From the human T2T-CHM13v2.0 reference genome, Homo sapiens: a stretch of 64,000 nucleotides of DNA. Shown here in pieces: positions 1 through 20,445 of this stretch; positions within the stretch are counted from its first letter, which is position 1, and every line of letters begins with the position of its first letter. A program made the translations under genes and the position numbers. The stretch lies in the NCBI RefSeq assembly GCF_009914755.1, contig NC_060932.1, one strand, 5' to 3'. The notes beneath the pieces are model-generated. The model worked only from the letters and a program-made list of their open reading frames with translations. It did no database searches and was not told the DNA's origin.

Positions 1-603
<603 letters not shown>

Positions 604-1233
604 TAGCTTGTTCACTTGTATGTTTGTGACTGGGGCTGTGAGCTCATGGCCTTTGGGCTTTGTGTGTGGAATTTTGAGAGGCTTTGGTTGAGTGCGCAAA
701 CCTCCAGAAAGGATTTACTTTTAACTTCTGCCAGCTGCCCTCAACCCAAGACCACTCTAAGTTAAAGTTCTCAGCTCTGGGGTTTCTGGACAGCTCAGGT
801 GATTTAAATTCATTCCCCAAATCCATGTGCCAGAAGGCTAACATTATACATTTTCAGGGGCCTTTTTCCCCTGCACCTAGAGCCAAGGCCAAAGCAGATA
901 CGCTTCTTTGTCATGATCGTGCTGCGGTGTGGAGTTTTTCGGGCCCAACTTTTCACTGAGCGTGGCAAATATATGTGATGCAGCTCATTTCCAGCTTCCC
1001 AAATTATATGGACCCAAGGCCTTACCTCATGAGGCCATTCAAACTCAGGGCCTTGGAAGCTGAGAATGGTAAAAAACTCCTTCATAGGGTCTATGGACAG
1101 AGGCTGTCAGACCTGCTTACCACCATGGTTTCCTGGTCTCTTCATTTCCGACTCCTGAGAATTGCCCCTGCTGCCTTGAAAGTGCAGTCAAATATTTTTT
1201 TGAAAAAAAAAGCTTAAAAAATTATTGTATTCA

Positions 1234-1514
1234 GGCTGGGCGCGGTGGCTTATGCCCGTAATCCCAGAAATTTGGGGGGCCAAGGTGGGTGGATCATTTG
1301 AGGTCAGAGGTTCCAGACCAGCCTGGCCAACACGATGAAACCCTGTCTCTACTAAAAGTACAAAAATTAGCCGGGCGTCGTTGTGGGTGCCTGTAATCCC
1401 AGCTACTCGGCAGGCTGAGGCAGGAGAATCACTGAAACCTGGGAGGTGGAGGTTTCAGTGAGTCGAGATCATGTCAGTGCACCCCAGCCTGGGTGACAGA
1501 ATGAGACTCCATCT

Positions 1515-1588
<74 letters not shown>
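1234..1588 (+). mobile_element. AluS with A35 tail and (TA)19 microsatellite
   Basis: Full dimeric Alu; GTATTCA flanks both ends (1227-1233, 1589-1595). Confidence 0.95.
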
Positions 1589-1591
<3 letters not shown>

Positions 1592-1988
1592 TTCAATATT
1601 TTTAGATGTTTTATTTAGCATTGCTTTAGCAGGATATCTACTCCACCTTATTAGTGGAAAAGGTAGTTTTCTCCCATATTCAAAAATCACTTACCCTTAG
1701 GAAAAAATATTTTGCAAAAAAAAGAAATATTATCATAACCAGAAAAAAAAATTGGCTGGAAGTTACCAAACCCAGATCTATAAATGTTGCTTACATCTTG
1801 GACTGCTCTAGAAACCCAGACGTGGTAACAGGGATGCCTGAATTAGGCTGCATTCTATTTAGGCAACTTTATCTTATATAATTTCACATATGTATCTTTA
1901 TCTTTGCCTCCCTAATGTGAATTGTATTCTAGCATTGATGTAATTATACGAGCCAAATGGAAGACTAGTTAAGAAATATACATGATCA

Positions 1989-2596
<608 letters not shown>

Positions 2597-3136
2597 AAGA
2601 AATATACAGGATGAAAGAAGGAAATGTTATTACTAAGTAAGAGAGTGAGTTGTGTTGGGTGGCTCGAAGATACCTGGTGTGTTTGATGTCACCGTGATGT
2701 AAAAGATGGACATCTGGATGGTGAGTGTGCTAAGCAGGTCAGGCCCACTCTTCGCCAAATGTCATTGTCTCCTAGAAGAATGATTTGCATGGAATTGCTG
2801 GTGCGTGATTGTCCCACCACAGCACACACCCTGTGACCCTGTGGTCGCCTAGGCATGGAGAGCCACCTCAATAAGCACACCCCTCAATTTCCATAGCACG
2901 CATTTACCTAAATAGCTAGTTCTCAAAACCTGGACCACTGACCTTGCAAAACAGAAACTATTCAAGCATAGAAATAGCAGTGGAGTTCTCAAGCACAGCA
3001 CTAAGTTTTCTGATAAAAAGCTACTTTATTTTGGCTGCTGAGAACTTTTGCTTAAGTGTAGTGGCGGGGCCTTGAGGGAACATTTCCAGTACTTGTGGTT
3101 CATTGGATTGGCTCCCTTCTATCTTAAGTGATTCAG

Positions 3137-3158
3137 TGTGTGTGTGTGTGTGTGTGTG
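3137..3158. repeat. (TG)n microsatellite
   Basis: Directly visible. Confidence 0.9.
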
Positions 3159-3204
3159 GCCATTTTCATGCCATCCTCCCTGTCAGTTTTGGCAAAAATC
3201 TTAT

Positions 3205-3420
3205 GCTAAGTAATAGCATAAGATTATGCTTTGATGTCACACATCTTGGGTTAAAATCCCAGTTCTGACACTTACCACCTACATGAACTTCAAAAATTAC
3301 TTAACCCCTCTGAGCTCAGCTGCCTCAAATAAAAACCATGGATAATAATCGTGCATGCCTCCCGTGAGGACAAGGCAAAACATATAGCACATTTCTTGGC
3401 ACATGTCAAGTGCTCAGGAA
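3205..3420 (+). mobile_element. MIR fragment
   Basis: Degenerate MIR core: aatcccagttctgacacttacc...ttacttaacccctctgagctcag. Confidence 0.65.
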
Positions 3421-3867
3421 ATGTAAGCTCCTGGCTTGATGGGTGTTCGTGTTAGGAAGGGCAGAACAACTGTGGAAAAAATAAGCAAGAGAAAATGCCC
3501 CAGGCTTTGGTTTCACTTGGCCTAGCACTGTTTTGTTTTGCTTTTTCTTCCTCCTAATTAATTCCTTATACAAAGCACAGGATGTACGGCTGTCCTGTAT
3601 CCTGCTTATATCCTGGTTCTGCCATTTACTAGTGACCTTAGAAAAGCAGATTGCTTGGATGGGTATATGGTAACACATCTCTTGGCTTCATGCATGAAAG
3701 TTTGTATTCCACTCACATAAAGTTGGTTGTGGGTGCGAGGAAGCTGCCTTCTTTCCAGTGGCTAAGCAGCACGCGTCGTTCACCTTATTCAGCTCCCATC
3801 TCCAGGTCCCCAGGATTGCCCTGACAGAGAGGCGCCCACAACCCCTCTCCCTATGTCCATACATCAC

Positions 3868-4511
<644 letters not shown>

Positions 4512-4972
4512 TCATCACTTTTTCTTGTAGCCTATTGGCCAGAATTAGTCATACAGTGCTCCTTCTCTCAGAGCTGGGATGGAGGCATGGGGGCATTGTA
4601 ACAGGTGAACATTACTGCCTCTACCACGAAAATCTCTTAGCCTGTTTGTGTCTCATTTTCCTTATCTATGAAATGGAAATAATACCTCTCAGGGTTGCTA
4701 AGAGGATTGATGGCACATATAGAGTATTAATAATATATTTGTCATGGTCCTGGCAAGAAATAGATGGCACACTGACAAGAATTTATTGTTACTAGAAGAT
4801 GATGGGACTAGGTACAGAGGTGTGGGCAGAGTTAAGGGAACCATTGCTGGATGGTGTCCAAGGTTGGATTGAAGCCCAGCTGGAAACCAGAGGGCAGGGG
4901 AGCCTGGGAGATGTATTTTGTAGAGGTCAGGCCCCCAGGCACAGAGCAGATCTGAGTAGAGTCAGGGAACAA

Positions 4973-5320
4973 TCAGCACAGTACGTAAAACCAACCAGCA
5001 TGGTCCACGATACTGACCAGCAGGGTACATGATACCAGCACAGTACTTGATACCGTCCAGCACAGCACACGATACCGACCAGCACAGTACATGATGCTGA
5101 CCAGTGCAGTACACAGTGACAACCAGTGAGGTACATGATGCCAACCAGCATGGGCCATGATACCGACCAGCACAGTACACCTTACTGACCAGCATGGTAC
5201 ATGACATTGACCAGCACAGTACATGGTACTGACCAGCATGGTACATGATACTGACCAGCATGGAACATGATACTGACCAACATGGTCCATGATACTGACC
5301 AGCATGGTACATGATATTGG
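4973..5320. repeat. 22-bp minisatellite, about 16 units, consensus CCAGCAYRGTACATGATACTGA
   Basis: Units aligned by eye: 15 x 22 bp plus one 18-bp unit. Confidence 0.92.
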
Positions 5321-7746
5321 ACACGCTCAACTTTTAGTTAAATCTGAAAAGCTCGCCATTTGTTGAGCCTGTAGAGTGTTGGAGACTTGCCCCATCCCAC
5401 ATTGGTCTGGCTTCATTCTTGAACTTTCCTTTGCCCTTCACTGAAGCAGCTAGCAGAAAGGGTTGTTACTGCAGACCTCAAGTTGTAGCATAAATCCGGA
5501 CGGCCATGTCTGTGACAAATGCCCCAGGAATCACACATTTGTCCAGTGATGACACTTGGGCCCCTCATTCTTATTTGTATCTACAGAGCTATTGCATCTC
5601 CACCTTAACACATGTGGCTCCCTGACACTTGTCTGAGAAGGATGAGGCTTGATTAGGAGCTCTAAGAGCTCAGGCCCATGGCTGCGGTCTCCAGCTCCTC
5701 TTGCCTGTGCTATTGTAACAGCCTGGTCTTGACTCCATGCTCACTCCATTCTAACAGCATTTCTTTCATTTTAAAGAACATTTAACCCTTTCCTCTTTCA
5801 CAGAGAAAAAAGTCCAAACTCCTTAGTCTGTTATCCATAGCTACTGTTCCTTCTCACCTCCCCAACACCCTCTATCCAAAACCTATTTAAACCTATTCCA
5901 GCCACATCTAGGTATTCATAGCTTCCTGTATCTTCCCTCCTTGAATCTGCAGATGGAAAACAGCTGCTGCCACCTGTAGTTGCTTGCTGAAGTCCTTTCC
6001 TTTAGGGCCATGTCAATGCCAACCTGTGTCAAACTCCCTTTCTTGATTCTCCCAGGAGGAAAAGAGAATCCCTTTTTAACCTTTATGTTCTGATAGGATT
6101 GTTGTCTGCCTGATGCTCGTAATTTATTTATGTGTTTGTGTCTTTTACAGGTCACAAGCATCACTCAAACCGTCTTCATTTCTGAATCTTTCTCGTGGTG
6201 CTTAGCATGGTGTTTTGCAGGCAGTAGATTCTTAATAAGTATTTGTGCAATTGGAGTAAGTCCATTGTGAAATTTTTTCAAAAATAACTCCCATCAGAGT
6301 TGGGAAAAGGGAAAGCTCCATTGCTCAGTCTTTAATTTAGATAAACCTCTTTTTTGAATTTCAGAACTTCAAATTTCTACCTGTATAGGGATGTGGAACC
6401 ATAAGGAGGCATAGCATGGGAGACACAGGACGTTTATGAGGCAGGTAGGTTTCCTTGCTGCCCTTGTGTGAATCCTTAGAAGAATGTGAAGAGAGCTGTG
6501 CTGGCTTTACTGTGCATTACAGGTCAGGTGCTGGGATGTGGCCCCTGCCTTTTGCTTTGTACAACAAAGACAACAGATTCTTGCTGATGGCTTTGTGACC
6601 TTTGGTGTCAAACTCAGTGTGGGGCATGGAGACTGAAGGTCTGGCTCTCCCTAAGGTGCCTGTCAAGAGGGACTGGTGGAGATTCTCACCAGGAAGTTTA
6701 CACACACAGAACTCCCAGCAGGAGAGGGTGAGCTGCCAGGATCTCTGCTTACCTCCCATGAGCCTTCCAGTCAACAATTTATTTGCAAAAATGTCATCTT
6801 TATTACTTAGTTGCTCAGGAGGCTTTGCTTCCGTCCAATGCAATGTGGAAAATGTGGGTCGCCCCCTTCACTGAGATGGGCTTCAAAGCCTCAGCCCCCA
6901 GGGCTCTGCTCTCTCATGGGCTCTGGGAAATCGCTGGTTATTTCCTGTTCCCCTGACCTGCCCCCTGCTGCTGCCCCAGAACACGAGGAGACTGCTCCTC
7001 CCTGTCTCTCCCTTCTTTAAGCAGCAGCTTAGAAATAATATCCTGTGTTTGTGAAGCATGCGCCAGCAAGACTCCCAACGCCCTCCACAAACATCAGCTC
7101 AACATTACTGCGCTCGCGTTTTTCTCACCATGTCATGGCAAGGAGGTGGCAGAAAGGCTACAGTGTCGGTGGGATGGGGGTAATTGTATTTGGAACATAA
7201 AATAGGAGTTAAAAATGGAAAAGGTCAGAAAGCCCAAGCTCCTGGTTTCAGAATAAAGTTCATTCTGGAATTTTTCCTTCTTTTAGATTCTGGTACCTGG
7301 GCCACTGTCTTAGTGACATTTCAGTACAGTACAGGGCAGCTTCACTGTGTTTTGTTTGCTGATACAGACTAAGCATGCTTAATCAGAAAATCCAGAATCC
7401 AAAACTTCTTGGGCACCAACATGCCACAAGTAGAAAATTCCACACCTGAGTTCATGTGAGGGGTCGCAGTCAAAAGTCAAGTGCACAACACACAGTTTAT
7501 TTATCATCCCCATCTGGGAGGAAAAAGATCCTTCAGACCCTCCTGGCCCCCTTCTGCTGTAATATATGTTCAGTGTACATACCCGGATTCCCCCACATAG
7601 CCATACCCACAAGGGTGAGAAAATGGCACATGTGCAGGCCGGATGCAGGTTTCCCAAACTGCCCCACATGGTGCCAAGACCTGCATGCATTACTCACTGT
7701 GTTTTTTGCTTATTCTCTGGTCTGTGGTGCAAAAGTATTGTTGAAA

Positions 7747-10090
<2,344 letters not shown>

Positions 10091-10101
10091 ACTAAAATAT
10101 A

Positions 10102-10489
<388 letters not shown>

Positions 10490-10763
10490 CTACTGTGCTG
10501 CTTAGTTACCTGGAACACATTATTTTTCACTGTATTAATAGTTTATCTTTTTTTTACTAAGTATTTATGTACAGATAAGTGTAAAAACATGATTATTAAT
10601 CAGTAGCATATAAATTCAGAGTCAGACATGATGGTGATGCTGAACAACCACAGACCGGGGGGGTCCACATGGGGGTAGAGATAGGGACCCCTTTGGTTCT
10701 GACGGTTCTGTGTACACAATCTTTGTTTCATGCACAAAATTATTTAAAATATTGTATAAAATG

Positions 10764-11089
<326 letters not shown>

Positions 11090-11201
11090 CTATGTGTATA
11101 ATGTGAATATGAAACAAGTAAATTTCGTGTTTAGAGTTGGGTCCCATCCCCAAGATATGTCATTATGTATATGGAAATATTCCAAAATCTGAAAAATTTC
11201 A

Positions 11202-11564
11202 TGTATTAGTCTATTCTCATGCTGCTGACAAAGACATACCTGAGACTGGGTAATTTATAAGGAAAAAGAGGTTTAATGGACTCACAGTTCCATGTGGCTG
11301 GGGAGGCCTCACAATCATGGCAGAAGGTGAAAGGCACATCTCATATGGCGGCAGGGAAGAGAGAATGAGAGCCAAGTGAAAGGGGTTTCCCTTTATAAAA
11401 CCATCAGATCTCGTGAGACTTATTCATTACCATGAGAACAGTATGGGGGAAACTGCCCCCCATGATTCAATTATCTCCCACAGGGTCCCTTCCACAACAC
11501 ATGAGAATCATGGGAGCTAAAATTCAAGATGAGATTTGGGTGAGGACATAGCCAAACCATATCT
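11202..11564 (-). mobile_element. THE1 (MaLR) solo LTR, THE1B/C-like
   Basis: tgtattagtc...gagactgggtaatttata...gatgagatttgggtgaggacatagccaaaccatatc, about 360 bp. Confidence 0.9.
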
Positions 11565-12003
11565 GTCCGTAATCTGAAACACTCTGGTCCTGTGCATTTT
11601 GGATAAGGGATGCTCAACCTGTATTGGTGAAAACATGACCTGATTTTTTGTAGAACAGACTGCATGCAGTTAGGAAATCTGTTGTACTTGTGACTCAGCT
11701 GGAGGAATTAAGTGCCTACTAGTTTAAATACATTAACTCATGGGTCTTTCTAATATGCTCCCCATTTTATGGATAAAAACTGAGGTCTGGAAGATCAGCC
11801 AGATCTCGCATCCACAGCTCTTTGCCCTGGACCGTGGCTCTGTGTTTTCCTGAATTTGATGGGAATGTGAGAGTTAGGCTTGGAGACCACAAAGGTTTCC
11901 ATCCATCTCCCCACCTTGATTGCTTGTTTCTGGGCCTGGAAATAGTGGAGTGGATGTGTCCACTCTTGGCCCTGCCACTTTGAGTGTCTCTAAAGATCAA
12001 ACC

Positions 12004-12592
<589 letters not shown>

Positions 12593-12778
12593 CCAGACTT
12601 CAATTCTCTTCCTTCAGCCTTCACCCACTATGGGCTCATCCAATCTTAGAACTTAGACCTAGAAGTTCACCTGGATCTTATCTTAAACTCTAATCTGTTC
12701 TGCTCGGCAGGGCCAGGTAAATACTATTAAGGGTAAGCACTCAGCCCACCACACACACCTGCACAAAACAGGAGACTG

Positions 12779-13086
<308 letters not shown>

Positions 13087-13229
13087 AAAAACAGAAGACT
13101 GGCGCCCTCCTAACATGTCCCCAAATAAGGAAACTCTTCAGCCTTCAGCACTGTGTGATATAACCTCTATCTACCCAAAGCTTAATTCCTACTGCTCCTT
13201 TATAGCCTGTCCTCACATTCCAACCGGGA

Positions 13230-13672
13230 TTCTAGCTAGTCATGCAAAATGCTGCAAACATTCCCAGTGCAGGTGGATATTCACCTGCAGTTTCCTCTCC
13301 ATAAAATGCCCTCTCCAGTCCCCCTTTCCACTGAATTAACACTATGCTTTCTTCAAAGCCTATTTCAAGCGCCACTTCCTTCATGAAGTCTCCCTGATGC
13401 CACAATTCTATACACTTGCTTCAACCCGCCCCCAAATCACCATGTTTCTCATATGGAATTCATCTTATCCTGTCACATAATTCTTTTTGTCTTATTCAAA
13501 TGCTACTTCTATTGCAAATTCCTGAAAAATGAGTCTGTGCCTCCTTTCTTTTTTATTTTTCCACAGTACATATTGTGGTATTGACACATAATAGATGCTA
13601 AAAGATGTTTGTTGATTGCATGGATGACTATTTATTTGCACTACCGGGTGCTCAATAAATATTTGTTGAATC
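13230..13672 (+). mobile_element. L2 3' fragments
   Basis: L2 terminus GTGCTCAATAAATATTTGTTGAAT with degenerate upstream L2 sequence. Confidence 0.6.
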
Positions 13673-14866
13673 TGGTTTGCCAATGATCCCCAACGTGACT
13701 TCTAGTTGTGGCTTCTCCATCAAACCTCCAGTTTTGTATTCCACATGCCTTCAATAACGTATATGGAAAGGGCTTACCTTTACCTGAAATGGAGCAGATA
13801 AAAAACGGATCTACCCTCCCCGACCCCAATCCCAGCTTCATTACTTTTGTCCTTTGCCTCACAAATCCTGCCAGCCTGTGTCTTCATCAGTTACTTCACA
13901 CGGAGCTTGATGTGCATCAGAAACCCGACGGGGCAGCCAAATTCCCAGCACCTGACGTTCATGGATTAATCAGTATCACAAAATTATAGTTTGTCAGAGC
14001 TAAAAGCGACCTCAGTCCAACCCCTTCATTACAGATGAAGAAACCAAGCTCCCAAGGGATTTGCACAGAACTCGCGGCGGAACTATTAATATCGCAACAC
14101 TCCAGTCTTCTCCCTCTTGGCCCCCACTGCCCTGTCCTCGTTAGACTTGACGTGGCCTTTCCAGGCTCTGTTGTTTTTCCAGGTGTTCCAGGTGGTTACT
14201 TTCCAAGTTGCTGCATGCTTCAATGCCTCTGTTTTCCGGGACTCCCACGGAGTGAGATTTGGCAGCACAGGTCTTTAGAATCTGTGGCACAGGGCTTAGA
14301 AAAGGCCACTGCCTTTCCCAAAGAAGTCTGCTATAATGTAAATCTCATTAACCCTGCCCCAGGGTCTGATAAGCCTGTTTCTCTAGAAGCTTCCAGCAGT
14401 TTGCTGGTAGGAACTTTCCATTACTAAGCAAGTAGCCAACTCATAGTCTCTTCATCTTCTCTAACATCCCCAACCATGCTAAAGATAACCTAGGATACTT
14501 TGGGGCTTTGAATCGTTAATCAATTCAAAAGGATAATTTTAGAGCATGATTAGAAATAAGTGAAAGTCCACAGAACATGGTTTGAACCAGACAATATGCA
14601 CTTGGGCTAAATCATCTAAGCTCACAGACGGCTCGCAGAGTGATACTGATTGGGAATTACTCATGTACATCTGGTCGGCTGAGCTAAACAGGGCCAGAGA
14701 GTCCTTCCGGCTGGCTCTCCTCTCTCCCAGGCCAGGGGATGGGAGAGGAATACCATTTTTAGAGCACTTGCTGTACACTTTAGATATCTGACCTCATTGA
14801 ATGTAATCCTCTCAAAAACCCTGTGTGGTAGTCTCCTTATTTTTATAAATAAGAGAACCTCCACAA

Positions 14867-15170
14867 GGCCAGGCATGGTGGCTCACACCTGTAATGCCAG
14901 CATTTTGCAAGGCCTAGGCAGGAGGATTGCTTGAGGCCAGGAGTTCAAGACCATTTTGGGCAACATAGCGAGACCCCTGTCTCTACAAAAATTTTAAAAA
15001 TTTAGCTGAGTGTGGTGGCTCACGTCTGTAATCTTAGCACTTTTTGAGGCCAAGGCGGGAGGATCACTTGAGCCCAGGAGCTTAAGGCTGTAGTGAGCTA
15101 TGATCACACCACTCACTCCAGCCTGGGTGAAAGAGCAAGACTCCATCTCAGAAAAACAAAAACCAAAAAA
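14867..15170 (+). mobile_element. AluJ-like inside a MIR
   Basis: Alu consensus flanked by MIR-like sequence. Confidence 0.88.
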
Positions 15171-15439
15171 CAGATACGTAAAAAAATGCAGTTGTTCTTC
15201 AGGCTGACTAAACTAGAAGCAGAGCCAGGCGTCCAGCCCAGTTCTGTCTCTGGCTCCAAAGACTTCACCTTTTCTACTTCACCAGTGGTTTTCTTTCTTC
15301 CTGCCTGCCTTTCTTCCTCCCTTCTATTTCCTTTCTTTCTTCCATCTTTCCTTCCTCCCTTCTTGCTTCCTTTTCTGAGAAGCCAAATGCTTTCTTTGCA
15401 ACTGAAATGATGCACAAACCTGAACATATAAAACATGTA

Positions 15440-15850
15440 AGACCAGAGCTGCTTTGCTTTGTTTACAATAGAGAAAAACTGGAAACACCCAAGTGTCCAC
15501 CAACAGGTGAATAAATATCTGTGGTCTCTCCATACCATGGAGTACAACTTGGCAATAAAAAGGAATGAAGCATCTCAGAGTAATTATGCTGAGTGAAAGA
15601 AGCCAGATATGAAAGAATCCACGCTGTAGAATCCACTTACATGAAAGCCTGGAAGAGGCAAAACCAATCTCTAGTGACAGAAAGCAGGTCAGGAGATGTC
15701 TGGGGCAGGGGTTGTGAAGTGACTGAGGGGCCTTTCGGGGGTGATGGAAATGGTTCTGTGTGTTGACTGTTGTGATTGTGTATTCATTTGTCAAAACTCA
15801 TTGAACTGCACACTTAAAGCGAGTACATTGTGTGTATGTGTGTAAATTAC
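15440..15850 (+). mobile_element. Old L1M (L1ME/MB-type) 3' UTR
   Basis: ctggaaacacccaagtgtcc...tatgctgagtgaaagaagccag...tttgtcaaaactcattgaactgcacacttaaa. Confidence 0.8.
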
Positions 15851-16110
15851 TGCTCCATAATGGTGGTTTTTTTCTTCAAAGGGTGGGAGCCTGGAAAGGG
15901 CTGCTTTAATTCAGGAAGGGATGCCCCACTCCACCTCCACCCTCTAATGATCTTTTGACCCCCAAAGGGACCCTGGGACTGCTCTATGAAAATTACATCT
16001 TCAGGAACACATTTAATCACACCAAACTGTGTCATGCAGCCATAAATATCGCCCAGACAGTTCAGGCTTTTAAAGGACACAGGATCCGTTTTACAGTAAA
16101 CTGCTTCAAC

Positions 16111-16418
16111 ATTTTTGTTTGTTTGTTTGTTTTTGAGATGGACTTTCTCTCTTGTTGCCCAGGCTGGAGTGCAGTGGTGCCATCTTGGCTCACTGCACCT
16201 CTGCCTCCCGGGTTCAAGCAATTCTCCTGCCTCAGCTTCCTGAGTAGCTGGGATTACAGGTGCATGCCACCACGCCCAGCTGATTTTTTGTATTTTTAGT
16301 AAAGATGGGGCTTCACCAAGTTGGCCAGGCCAGTCTTGAACTCCTGACCTCAGGTGATCCACCTGCCTCGGCCTCCCAAAGTTCTGGGATTACAGGTGTG
16401 AGCCACCACACCCAGCCA
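16111..16418 (-). mobile_element. AluS
   Basis: 15-bp TSD AGTAAACTGCTTCAA. Confidence 0.94.
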
Positions 16419-17710
16419 AGTAAACTGCTTCAATATGCTTACTGAGAGTGCACATTTTCAACTAAAGCCGCCACAAGCCCTATTGTTGGCAAAAGAAGGC
16501 TTCTGGTCCAGTTTTAGTCTCTGTGCTGTAAAAAGAATGATAATGCAATTAGGAGCTGATCAACAAAACCAGGAGCTTTATGACTGTGCATGTGATGTGT
16601 GTGATGTGTGTGTGTGTGCATGTGTGCGTGTGTCTCCAGTAGGCATACATTTGCTTTGCAACACCTGGATGCAGGAAATGTCATGTTTTATTTTCCTAAA
16701 TCAAATAACACCCCTCTGTCAGCCGGCACTGCCCAAAGCAGGGAATGCTCAGTGCGTTTCCATTGCCTCGGCTGTGCAGGAGTCCTAGGGTGTTATTAGT
16801 CCAGAGGACATGAGGAAGTGACTCTGCCTTGAGTCTACCCTGGCCACAACTAGACGTGCACTGCTCAACCTCCAGCTGTCCCTTCCAAAGTTCTGCTCTG
16901 ATCCAGGCTGTGGCATGGAGACTGGGAACCAGACCCCCTACTATGCCACCTCCTTAGGCAACCTTGAAATTGTGTCCCCCATGGTGTGCTGTGTGCAATG
17001 GGCTTGGTCACTCTCACCTCCAGTGGTTCACAACACCGCCCCTTCTTTATCTCTCCTGGGGGTGAGGAGTCTCACTTCTTCACTTTCCACCCTCTCCATC
17101 TCCCTCCCCCAACCAAGCCACTTTTATCTCCTCTGATCCTTGTCCAGGGCAATCCACCTTAATCGCCCAGTGGGCCTGAAACTGCAGCCCTGGCAAGGTG
17201 GGGCAAGGGGCCAGGAGCGGAGTGGAAAGGGTGGGAGCCGGGAGAGGACAGCACAGCTCATTCCTGCTCTCCATGGGGACAGGGAAAGATGTTTTTAATC
17301 TTCTTGGGTAAATCCATGGCAGGAAAAGAAAGCTGAGCTAAAAATTAGTTTCTTTCAGTAATAGTTCAACTATTACTGAAGTATGAGAGTTTGTATTTAC
17401 ATTTATGTAAGATCCATGAGTTTAAAAATGGTGTTTATCTCATGCACATCTATATCCCCTTCACTCAGCTTGGAACAGTATAGGTGATTGATTCAATATT
17501 GGACAAATGAATTGTGGATGAATGAATGAATGAGTGGATGAATACAGGTGGTAAGACACACACCTCATGGAATCAGTCACCCCCCATTGGGAAGTGGAAT
17601 TCAGTGGGGGTGATCACTTACTGCTATTTATGTGTCTCTGCTGTTTGCATTGCATAGAACTATTTTTAGTAAATACAATGTTTATATAACTTGCATTGAG
17701 AACTTTTTGA

Positions 17711-18143
17711 GGCCAGGCGTGGTGGCTTATGCCTGTAATCCCAACACTTTGGGAGGCTTGAGGCAGGCAGATGGCTTGAGTCTAGGAGTTTGAGACCAGC
17801 TTGGGCAACACGGCAAAAACTCATCTCTATAAAAAATACAAAAAAATAGCTGGGTGTGGTGGTGTGCACCTGTAGTCCCATATAAAATTTTATTATAATA
17901 TTGCTATGAGAGAAGCTGTCTGGCAGTCATAATTCACATGTGTTAGGGTTATATTATTGGATAAGAATTTTTTTAAAAAAAAAGAAATGGGATCTCACTG
18001 TGATTGCCCATGCTGGAGTGTAGTGGGTATTCACAGGCAGATCATAACACACTACAACCTTGAATTCCTGTCCTCAAGCTATCAAACTCCTGGCCTCTGC
18101 TTCCCGTGTAGCCGGGACTACAGGCGCACACTACTGTGTCCAG
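17711..18143. mobile_element. Truncated Alu (+, 17711-17880) and Alu monomer (-, about 17970-18143)
   Basis: Partial Alu consensus. Confidence 0.8.
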
Positions 18144-18804
18144 GAATAAAATGTTAAGATAATTAGTATGAGGCCAGATACAGAAAGGTCAGCATGTTTG
18201 GTTTCCAGAACCTCCGTGTGTGACTGACAGCTAGTAGGTGACTGCTTTCTCAGGACACATCTTTCTAAATCTAGTGAGAAAATTTCTTAAGCATTTTATC
18301 AGGAATAAATGATATTCCCAGAAGGAGATTTGAAGTATATCAAGCAAAAAGGCTCCGTCCCAGACCGCTTGAGAACAACTTTCCTTACACATTTGTGAAG
18401 TTGTTCTCATCCTGCCAGAGTTCACAAAGAGAAGAGAAGAATAGGCAAACTAAAATTCACACAAATCAAACCATACACAGCATAGGGGCCTCCTGGATGC
18501 CATGGGTGCTTAAAAAGGCATTTTCTTGAAAGCACTTTATTTCCTCTTAACTCATTGGACTGTTGTTAAGGGCAGATCTTTGGTTTCTCTGCAAGAAACA
18601 TAAGCACTAGTTAGGAGTCATGCTGGAGAACCAGGAAGAGAGACTCAGCTGGTCACCAAGACACAGTGGAGCAGCGACTCTCACCCCAGAGATTGGTAGA
18701 ATGACCCAAGAAACTTTATGTGGGACAGCAGGACTGTAACTCAGCCAATGAGACTGGCATCTCTGGACGTGGATCCAAGCATCCCATTTTTTTAAAGTTC
18801 TACA

Positions 18805-18960
18805 TCAGTGGTCCTCAGACCTCAGCAAGCATCGGAATTGCCTGGAGGGCTTTGCAAGCACGGATGGCTGGGCACACTCCCAGAGTTTCTGATTCAGCAG
18901 GTTCAGGGCGCAGTCAAGAATCTGCATTTCTAATGAGTTCCCAGGTGATGCTGCCCTAGA
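18805..18960. mobile_element. MER5A (hAT-Charlie MITE)
   Basis: cagtggtcctca...cccagagtttctgattcag...gaatctgcatttctaa...ttcccaggtgatgctg. Confidence 0.8.
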
Positions 18961-19389
18961 AGATTCTAACGTGAGCACAAAGTCAAGAACTGGCTCAAGG
19001 GGTGGCTCTTCAGCTTCCACACTGGAATCACCTGGGTGCTTGTCAAAACCATAGGCCCTGACTCATAACTAAAATTTAAGATGTGACATTATTTGTTTAC
19101 ACCCTGAGTAGTTTTCACTGAAACTGAACTGAACTTGTCAAAGAACAAAGAAGAAGAAAAGAAAAGCTTATCCCATTGTTGCTCATGCTTGAACATTGCA
19201 CACAGGGTGTTTACGGAAATGGGAAGGGCCGGTTTGCAGGGAAGGCGTGTTTCTGGGGGCAGAATTAGCAGGAGGTCTGGGGCAGCCAGATGGGTTTATG
19301 GATGGCTCAAGGGTAACTAAGTGTCTGTGCATTGCTGAGCGAGGTGAGAGTCTTGGCTGATGTTCCCCACTGTTTGAGAGCATAACACG

Positions 19390-20445
<1,056 letters not shown>

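Noticed and set aside
4973-5320. Regularly spaced repeat resembling a CRISPR array, with three overlapping minus-strand ORFs
   Set aside because: Units abut with no unique spacers, there are no cas genes and the context is primate; the ORFs are by-products of the repeat
13144-13160. TTCAGCAC as a REST/NRSE site for a neuronal gene
   Set aside because: Left half only, with no GGACAG half-site; I saw no convincing full RE1 by eye, although a PWM scan was not run
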